A stretch of 64,000 nt of DNA from contig JBKJLC010000237.1 of the NCBI GenBank assembly GCA_046597055.1, positions 64,001 through 128,000 on the forward strand, written 5' to 3'. The notes beneath the pieces were generated by a model that was not told where the DNA came from, made no database searches, and saw only the letters and a list, made by a program, of their open reading frames with translations. Positions within the stretch are counted from its first letter, which is position 1; each line of letters begins with the position of its first letter. Made by a program: the position numbers and the translations under genes. This stretch comes from Kofleriaceae bacterium. GTDB taxonomy: Bacteria > Myxococcota_A > Polyangia > Haliangiales > Haliangiaceae. This document shows positions 57,783-64,000 of the stretch, piece after piece.

Positions 57783-60365
57783 ATGCACCGCAGCTCTCTG
57801 CTCGTCCTTGCCGCGATCTTGGCGGGGTGTACCGAGGGAGGTGAGGTCGGCGAGAGCCGGGCGTTCATCACCCTGCCCGCCGACTTCTCCGACAACGCGG
57901 TCGCCGCGGTCGCCAGCCCGACCGCGCTCGCGTTCACGCCGGACGGGCGGCTGCTGGTCACCACCCAGCCCGGCCAGGTCCGGGTGATCGTCGGGGGCCA
58001 GCTCCGCGCCGGCGCCGCGCTCGATCTCGGCGGCCGGCTGTGCAGCAACTCGGAGCGCGGCCTGCTCGGGCTCGCGATCGACCCCGACTTCGCCAGCAAC
58101 GGCCACGTCTACCTCTTCTACACGTTCAACAAGTTCAACAGCTGCGTCGGCAACGTGATCGGCACGTCGCCGGTCAACCGGGTCTCGCGGTTCACCTACG
58201 ACCGTGCGGCCGACACGATCGCGACCTCGACCGAGGTGGTGCTGGTCGACAACATCCTGTCGCTCAACGGCAACCACAACGGCGGCGATCTCCACGTCGG
58301 GCCCGACGGCCGGCTCTACGTGACGGTCGGCGACAGCGGTTGCAAGATCGGCGGCGGCGGCTGTGGCGGCGGCAACACCAACGCCATGTTCAAGTCGCAC
58401 CTGAGCGGCAAGATCCTCCGGGTCGATCGCACCACGGGCGCGCCGCCGTCAGACAACCCGCTGATGACCGCAGCGGGCGCCCGCCGGTGCGGCACCGCCG
58501 GCACGGCTCCGTCGTATCCCAACGACGACTCGCGGCCCTGTCAGGAGAACTGGGCGTACGGCCTGCGCAACCCGTTCCGGTTCGCGTGGGAGCCGGGCAC
58601 CTCGACCTTCTTCATCAACGACGTCGGCCAGAACCTGTACGAGGAGATCGATCAGGGCGTGAAGGGCGCCAACTACGGCTGGAACACCCGCGAGGGCTTC
58701 TGCCCCAACAACACGCCCTGCACGCCGGGCGCAGCGCCGGCCGGGCTGACCCATCCCATCCACGCCTACGGCCGCGCCGGCGACTGCAGGTCGATCACCG
58801 GCGGTGCGTTCGTGCCGGCTGGCGGCTGGTCGGCCGGGTTCGACGGCGACTACCTGTTCGGTGATTACGTGTGCGGCAAGATCTTCCGGCTGCAGCGCGA
58901 CGGCGGCCAGGTCGCGGTCACCGAGTTCGCGTCGGCGCTGGGCGGCTCGAGCGTGGTCGCGATGCGCTTCGGCCCTGGCCCCGGCGCCGCGCCCAGCCTC
59001 TACTACACGACCTACGCCGGCGGCGGCCAGATCCGCCGCATCGACTTCACCGGGGTCGGTAGCAACCGCGCGCCGGTCGCGCTGGTGACCGCGACCCCGA
59101 CCTCGGGCGCGGTGCCGCTGACGGTGGCCTTCGACGGCAGCGCCAGCGCAGATCCCGACGTCGACGACTCGATCGTCACCTACCGGTGGAGCTTCGGCGA
59201 CGGCGCCAGCGTCGACACCACGACGCCCACCACCAGCCACACGTACAGCACCGCGACCGCGCGAACCGCGAGCCTGCGCGTGATCGACGAGCGCGGCGCG
59301 ATCTCGGCGCCGGCGACCGTCGCGATCAACCCGGGCGGGAGCCCGCCCACGGTGACCCTCACCAGCCCGGCGGCGTCCGCCACCTACAGCGTCGGCCAGG
59401 TCGTCACCCTCATCGCGTCGGCGAGCGATGCCCAGGACGGGACCTTGCCCGCCAGCGCGCTGAGCTGGCGGGTGCTCAAGCGGCACGACACCCACACCCA
59501 TCCGTTCTTCGGCCCGGCGACCGGCAACAGCCTGTCCATCACCACCGACCCGCCCGAGGATCTGCTGGCCGCGACCAACAGCTCGCTCGAGATCCAGGTC
59601 ACGGCGACCGACGCGAGCGGTCAGTCGACCACCGTCACGCGCACGTTCTTGCCGCGCAAGGTCGACCTGACCTTCCAGACCAGTCCGCCCGGGCTGCAGG
59701 TCGTGCTCGACACCACCGTCGCGCGCACCGGGCCCTCGACCGCGGTGTCGTGGGTCGGCTGGGGCCTGCGCGTGCGCGCCGACGATCAGGTCGCCGGCGG
59801 CCAGAGCTACCGCTTCCAGGGCTGGTCCGACGGCGGCGCGCGCGATCACGTGATCACCACCCCGGCGGCCGCGACCACGTACACCGCGACGTTCGCGCCC
59901 GCGCCGTTCGCGGTGCGGATCAACTTCCAGCCGGCCGGCGCCCCGATCCCGGCGGGCTACCGGGCCGACACCGGCGCCGCCTACGGCGATCGCGGCAACG
60001 GCCTCAGCTACGGCTGGAACACCGCGACCAACGAGACCCGCGACCGCAACGCGGCCAACTCGCCCGATCAGCGCCACGACACGCTCAACCACCTGCAGAA
60101 GCCGTCGAACCCGAGCGCGCGCTGGGAGGTCGCGGTGCCCAACGGCACGTATCAGGTGCGGGTGCTCGCCGGCGACCCGCTGCACGTCGACAGCGTGTTT
60201 CGCCTGCAGGCCGAGTCGACCCTGGTCGTCAGCGGCACGCCGACCACCGCGGCCCGCTGGTTCGAAGGCACCGCGACCGTGACCGTGACCGACGGACGCC
60301 TGACCGTGTCGAGCGGCGCCGGCGCCAGCAACAACAAGATCAACTCGATCGACATCACCCGCTGA
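57783..60365 (+). CDS. PQQ-dependent glucose/sorbosone dehydrogenase-family lipoprotein with PKD, Ig-like and carbohydrate-binding-like domains
   Basis: Lipobox LAGC; ERGLLGLAIDPDF, HNGG, GLRNPFR, NYGW; PKD YRWSFGDG; C-terminal INFQP...VPNGTYQV. Confidence 0.88.
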   Translation: MHRSSLLVLAAILAGCTEGGEVGESRAFITLPADFSDNAVAAVASPTALAFTPDGRLLVTTQPGQVRVIVGGQLRAGAALDLGGRLCSNSERGLLGLAIDPDFASNGHVYLFYTFNKFNSCVGNVIGTSPVNRVSRFTYDRAADTIATSTEVVLVDNILSLNGNHNGGDLHVGPDGRLYVTVGDSGCKIGGGGCGGGNTNAMFKSHLSGKILRVDRTTGAPPSDNPLMTAAGARRCGTAGTAPSYPNDDSRPCQENWAYGLRNPFRFAWEPGTSTFFINDVGQNLYEEIDQGVKGANYGWNTREGFCPNNTPCTPGAAPAGLTHPIHAYGRAGDCRSITGGAFVPAGGWSAGFDGDYLFGDYVCGKIFRLQRDGGQVAVTEFASALGGSSVVAMRFGPGPGAAPSLYYTTYAGGGQIRRIDFTGVGSNRAPVALVTATPTSGAVPLTVAFDGSASADPDVDDSIVTYRWSFGDGASVDTTTPTTSHTYSTATARTASLRVIDERGAISAPATVAINPGGSPPTVTLTSPAASATYSVGQVVTLIASASDAQDGTLPASALSWRVLKRHDTHTHPFFGPATGNSLSITTDPPEDLLAATNSSLEIQVTATDASGQSTTVTRTFLPRKVDLTFQTSPPGLQVVLDTTVARTGPSTAVSWVGWGLRVRADDQVAGGQSYRFQGWSDGGARDHVITTPAAATTYTATFAPAPFAVRINFQPAGAPIPAGYRADTGAAYGDRGNGLSYGWNTATNETRDRNAANSPDQRHDTLNHLQKPSNPSARWEVAVPNGTYQVRVLAGDPLHVDSVFRLQAESTLVVSGTPTTAARWFEGTATVTVTDGRLTVSSGAGASNNKINSIDITR

Positions 60366-60469
60366 CGATCGCCGCGCCCCGCACCGCTCGACGTCGGCGC
60401 CGCCTCACCAGGGCGGATGGATCGTGCACGCCTGCGTGGTGCCTCCCGCCACGTCTGGGTTGCGAGGCG

Positions 60470-61150
60470 TCAGAACGAGACCGGGATCTCGAGCACGTTG
60501 TTGCTGCGATCGGTCTCTTCGATGAGGCCGGTGGGATCGAGCGCGATCCGCAGCGTGTACACGCCGGGCGCGACCCCGGTCACGTCGATCCACTGGCACG
60601 GCAGCTCGCGCGGGTAGCTGTCGGCCCAGCCAGCCGAGATGCCCTGGTTGCCGCAGTGGTAGCCGTGGCTCGGTCGCTGGGGGTCGAGCCGGAGCGAGTC
60701 GGCCAGGCAGAAGGCCTGCTTGTGGCCGGTCAGCATGACGCCGCCCGGGCCGATCAGCTGGTACTCGGCGAAGCCGACCATGTGAAAGTGGCCGTGGCAG
60801 GTCGAGTAGACGAAGCGGGGATCGAGGTGCGGCGGCCCGAACGCGAGGTCGCCTTCGCCGAGGTTGGCCGCGACCGTCGTGAAGCGCAGCAGGCGGCGCA
60901 GGCCAGGGCCGCCGACGCAGGCTTCCTCGATCTCGCAGGCGTCGGCGCGGAAGTCCTGCTCCTGCACGAGGATCGAGGGCTCCATCAGGCTCGCGACCAG
61001 CGCGAGATCGGGCAAGAGGCCGCTGGCGGCATCGACCGTCAGGGCCGGCGCGTCGAGCAGGACCGCGGCGTCGCGTCCCGGCGGCGGCAGCTGCTCGTCG
61101 CTGGCGCCGCACCCGGCCAGCGCGGCCACGATCGCGAGGCGGCCGCCCAT
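60470..61150 (-). CDS. Lysyl oxidase-family lipoprotein
   Basis: Lipobox LAGC; RRLLRF, ANLG, Cu site CHGHFH, GHKQAFCL, QGISAGWADSY, CQWIDVT, ETDRSNN. Confidence 0.88.
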   Translation of the reverse strand: MGGRLAIVAALAGCGASDEQLPPPGRDAAVLLDAPALTVDAASGLLPDLALVASLMEPSILVQEQDFRADACEIEEACVGGPGLRRLLRFTTVAANLGEGDLAFGPPHLDPRFVYSTCHGHFHMVGFAEYQLIGPGGVMLTGHKQAFCLADSLRLDPQRPSHGYHCGNQGISAGWADSYPRELPCQWIDVTGVAPGVYTLRIALDPTGLIEETDRSNNVLEIPVSF

Positions 61151-61158
61151 GCCGGCGC

Positions 61159-62376
61159 TCACCCTGGCTCGAAGCAGGCGACCAGCTCGATGTGAGCGGT
61201 CTGCGGCATCAGGTCGAGGCCCTGGGCCCAGCGCGGACGCAGGCCGGTGGCGGCGAGCGCCTCGGCGTCCCGCGCGAAGGTCGCCGGGTCGCACGAGACG
61301 TACACCACCCGCGCCGGCGCCAGCGCGGCCAGGCTGCCGGCGACGTCGCGGGCGCCGGTGCGCGGTGGGTCGAGCAAGATGACCTCGAAGCGCGCGCCGG
61401 CGCCGACCAGGCGCGCGACGACCTCGGCGGCGATGCCGGTCACGACCTCGCCGACCGGGTGGGCCGGGGCCCGCTCGTCGACCGCGGTGACGGCGGCGCC
61501 GGCCGCGGCCAGCGCGCGCGTGAAGTTGCCGCCGCCGGCGTGGAGCTCGAGGACGCGGGTGCCATCGACGACCGCGCACGCGTCCTGCACCAGCGCGCGC
61601 AGCGCCGCGTTGCCGCTGGCCGAGGCCTGCGCGAAGTCATCGGCGCGCGCCCACAGCCCGGGCTCGAGCTCGACCGCGGCGGCCCCGGCGGCGCCGCGGT
61701 TCCACGCGACCCCGACGATGCCGGCCTGGCCGACCAGGGCGGCCGCCGCGGTCGGATCGCACGGCACCGCCAGCACGACGTGGGCCCCGGCGAGGCCGGC
61801 AACCACGTGAAGCTCGCCGGCGGCCGCCGGGGCAAGCACGCCGCCAGCGCGGATCGCACCGAGCACGGCCGCGACCGCCGGCTCGAGCTGCACGCACACA
61901 CCGACGATGTCGCTGACGTGGTGGCTGCGCGGCGCATGAAAGCCGATCGCGCCGCCGACGACCGTGCACCGCGCGCGCCGTCGCCAGTGGTAGTCGGGCA
62001 CCGGCGTGACCAGCGGCCGTAGCTCGAGCCCGGCCGCGACCAGGCGTCGCAGCGCACCGGCCAGGATCTGCTGCTTGGCCGTGCGCTGCGCGTCGATCGC
62101 GACGTGCTGCCACTGGCAACCTCCGCAGGCGGCGGCCGCGAACAGCGGGCACGGTGGCTCGACCCGCACCGGCGACCGCGCATCGACCGCGATCAGCTCG
62201 GCGCGAGCCCACCGCGCGTGGGCCTCGACCACCCGCGCCCGCACCACGTCGCCGGGCGCGGCGCCGGCGACGAACGTGGCGCGCCCCGTGCGATCCTTGC
62301 CGACGCCATCGCCGCCGGCGGCGAGCCCGTGGACGTCGACGCGGACCACCGTGCCCGGGCCCTGCGGCGAGCTCAC
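61159..62376 (-). CDS. TRAM-domain RlmD/TrmA-family m5U RNA methyltransferase (paralog 2)
   Basis: TRAM N-terminus, C...CGGCQWQH, FAQA, LDPPRTG, YVSCDP and PQTAHIE motifs. Confidence 0.88.
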   Translation of the reverse strand: MSSPQGPGTVVRVDVHGLAAGGDGVGKDRTGRATFVAGAAPGDVVRARVVEAHARWARAELIAVDARSPVRVEPPCPLFAAAACGGCQWQHVAIDAQRTAKQQILAGALRRLVAAGLELRPLVTPVPDYHWRRRARCTVVGGAIGFHAPRSHHVSDIVGVCVQLEPAVAAVLGAIRAGGVLAPAAAGELHVVAGLAGAHVVLAVPCDPTAAAALVGQAGIVGVAWNRGAAGAAAVELEPGLWARADDFAQASASGNAALRALVQDACAVVDGTRVLELHAGGGNFTRALAAAGAAVTAVDERAPAHPVGEVVTGIAAEVVARLVGAGARFEVILLDPPRTGARDVAGSLAALAPARVVYVSCDPATFARDAEALAATGLRPRWAQGLDLMPQTAHIELVACFEPG

Positions 62377-63110
62377 GAGGCGATCACCTCGGTGCCGCGC
62401 CCGACCCCGAGCCGGGCGGCGGCCGAGCCCTCGCGGACGGCCACCTCGAGCGTACCCGCCGAGCCGAGGTAGCAGCCGAGCGCACCCGGGTCGAGGTCAG
62501 CATAGGTGGTGACCGGAGCCGCGGTGCGGCCAGCGACCGTGACGGCGCGGGCGGGCCCGGCCAGGTTGGTGATGAGGTTGCCGTAGCCGTCGACGTGGAC
62601 GACCACGCCGGTGCCGCCGGTGGCGCGCGCCGGCCAGGCCAGCCGACCTGCGAGGCAGGTCGCGGGGCCCGCCAGCGATGGGGGCAGCCCGCGCGCGAGC
62701 GCCGCCGCCGCCGGCGCGAACACGTCGCGGCCGTGGAAGGTCGCCGACCGCTCGGGCAGCCGGAACGCCGGCGAGGTCACGACGTGCACGTGATCGGGGG
62801 TGGCCGCGACGTAGTCGAACAGGCCGTTGTCGGGCCCGACGAACAGGTGGCCGTCGACGCCGACGATGACGCCGGCACGGTCGCCGCCGACCCCGGGGTC
62901 GACCACCGCGACGTGGATGGTGCCGAGCGGGAACTCGCGCGCGCTGGTCGCGAGCACCCACGCACCGTGGGCGATGTCGTGGCGCGGCACGTGGTGGGCG
63001 AGATCGACCACCACCGCCGCCGGCGCCAGGCGCGCGATCACGCCTTTCATCGCGCCGACGTAGCCGTCGGCGGTCCCGAAGTCGGTGGTGAGCGTGATCA
63101 CCGGCGCCAC
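62373..63110 (-). CDS. SAM hydroxide adenosyltransferase (DUF62 family)
   Basis: LTTDFG, VVDPGVGGDR, GPDNG, TFHGRDVFAP and DGYGN motifs. Confidence 0.92.
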   Translation of the reverse strand: MAPVITLTTDFGTADGYVGAMKGVIARLAPAAVVVDLAHHVPRHDIAHGAWVLATSAREFPLGTIHVAVVDPGVGGDRAGVIVGVDGHLFVGPDNGLFDYVAATPDHVHVVTSPAFRLPERSATFHGRDVFAPAAAALARGLPPSLAGPATCLAGRLAWPARATGGTGVVVHVDGYGNLITNLAGPARAVTVAGRTAAPVTTYADLDPGALGCYLGSAGTLEVAVREGSAAARLGVGRGTEVIAS

Positions 63111-63135
63111 GTTCGCACTGTACAGGACGCGGGCC

Positions 63136-63178
63136 GGCCGGTCGCGCCGTTGACTTGCGTCGCGACCGGCCTGACGAT
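63136..63178 (+). promoter_or_regulatory. Putative scoA promoter embedded in an inverted repeat
   Basis: TTGACT-N17-GACGAT-N7-ATG; GGCCGGTCGCG/CGCGACCGGCC flank the -35. Confidence 0.45.
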
Positions 63179-63185
63179 GCGCGCG

Positions 63186-63884
63186 ATGAACAAGGTCTTC
63201 GCCGACGCGGCGGCCGCGCTCCACGACGTGACCGACGGCGCCGTCATCCTGGCCGGCGGCTTCGGCCTGTCCGGTAACCCCGAGCACTGCATCCGCGAGC
63301 TGGCCCGGCGGGCCATCAAGGACCTGACGATCGTGTCCAACAACTGTGGCACGACCGAGAAGGGCCTGGGCGTCCTGCTCGCCAACGGCCAGGTCCGCAA
63401 GATGATCTCGTCGTACGTCGGCGAGAACAAGGTCTTCGAGAAGCTCTACCTGTCGGGCCAGCTCGAGGTCGAGCTGTGCCCGCAGGGCACGCTGGCCGAA
63501 CGCGTGCGCGCCGGGGGCGCCGGCATCGAGGCGTTCTTCACGCCGACCGGCTACGGCACCAAGATCGCCGAGGGCAAGGAGACCCGCGAGATCGCCGGCA
63601 AGCGCTGCGTGCTCGAGCACGCGATCCGCGGCGACGTCGCGATCGTGAAGGCGTGGAAGGGTGACGCCTGGGGCAACCTCGTGTACCGGAAGACCGCGCG
63701 CAACTTCAATCCGCTGATGGCGACCGCCGCCCGGATCACGATCGCGGAGGTCGAGGAGCTGGTGCCGGTCGGCGAGCTCGCCCCCGACGCCGTCCATACC
63801 CCGTCGATCTACGTGCAGCGCATCTTCGTCGGTACGTCGTACGAGAAGCCGATCGAGCAGCGGACCGTACAGAAGCGGGCGTGA
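63186..63884 (+). CDS. scoA: 3-oxoacid CoA-transferase subunit A
   Basis: GGFGLSG, SNNCG, SSYVGEN, PQGTLAERVRAGG and TARNFNP motifs. Confidence 0.94.
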   Translation: MNKVFADAAAALHDVTDGAVILAGGFGLSGNPEHCIRELARRAIKDLTIVSNNCGTTEKGLGVLLANGQVRKMISSYVGENKVFEKLYLSGQLEVELCPQGTLAERVRAGGAGIEAFFTPTGYGTKIAEGKETREIAGKRCVLEHAIRGDVAIVKAWKGDAWGNLVYRKTARNFNPLMATAARITIAEVEELVPVGELAPDAVHTPSIYVQRIFVGTSYEKPIEQRTVQKRA

Positions 63885-63915
63885 GCGGGGGCCGGCCCGC
63901 TGCGGGCCGGGGCGC

Positions 63916-64000
63916 GGGAGAGGGACAGGGAGAGGGACAGGGAGAGGGACAGGGAGAGGGAGAGGGAGAGGGACAGCGAGACGGACAGCGAGACGGACAG
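63916..64000. repeat. Purine-rich 6/12-bp tandem repeat running off the window end
   Basis: (GGGAGAGGGACA)n changing to (GCGAGACGGACA)n; preceded by the palindrome CCGGCCCGC-T-GCGGGCCGG at 63892-63910. Confidence 0.9.

Noticed and set aside
62373..63110. Fluorinase or chlorinase
   Set aside because: It retains the Asp/Arg/His pattern (DPGVGGDR, TFHGRD) of DUF62 SAM hydrolases and has no biosynthetic cluster context

Overview
This is a gene-dense chromosomal window with very high GC (well above 70% by eye). It is most likely from a myxobacterium (Myxococcota, Haliangium/Kofleriaceae-like); I infer this from gene content (eukaryote-type Ser/Thr kinases, a TolQ plus two TolR motor, DUF6178, Cys/Asp-rich lipoproteins, lysyl oxidase), not from a database search. 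It holds about 50 CDS and one tRNA-Leu(UAA). I see no CRISPR array, integrase or transposase. Core blocks are tilS-ftsH-folP-cdaA-cdaR-[inserted peptidase]-glmM-nnr, rnc, mnmA/rlmD, lipA, cysE, PBP1A, phoH-[GAF/HD-GYP]-ybeY, mazG, rpsT-holA and scoA. The most notable observations are: (1) an unannotated, ~155-nt rod-like structured RNA candidate at 57511-57666; (2) a DHH-family protein with circularly permuted motifs, in a window where the usual c-di-AMP phosphodiesterase slot is occupied by an HD-GYP gene; (3) a candidate envelope machine of TPR protein, PBP1A, CX5CH cytochrome, TolQ/TolR/TolR and tandem TPR lipoproteins; (4) YbeY fused to a histone-H1-like AKP repeat tail; (5) a TAnnnT hexamer 5-7 nt before many start codons, suggesting leaderless mRNAs; (6) a sigma54 promoter in front of an orphan ECF sigma factor; (7) a non-RD kinase/dead-cyclase/STAND/TPR receptor head-to-head with RNase III. 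All product calls come from recognising motifs by eye. Start codons were chosen manually, and several are uncertain.
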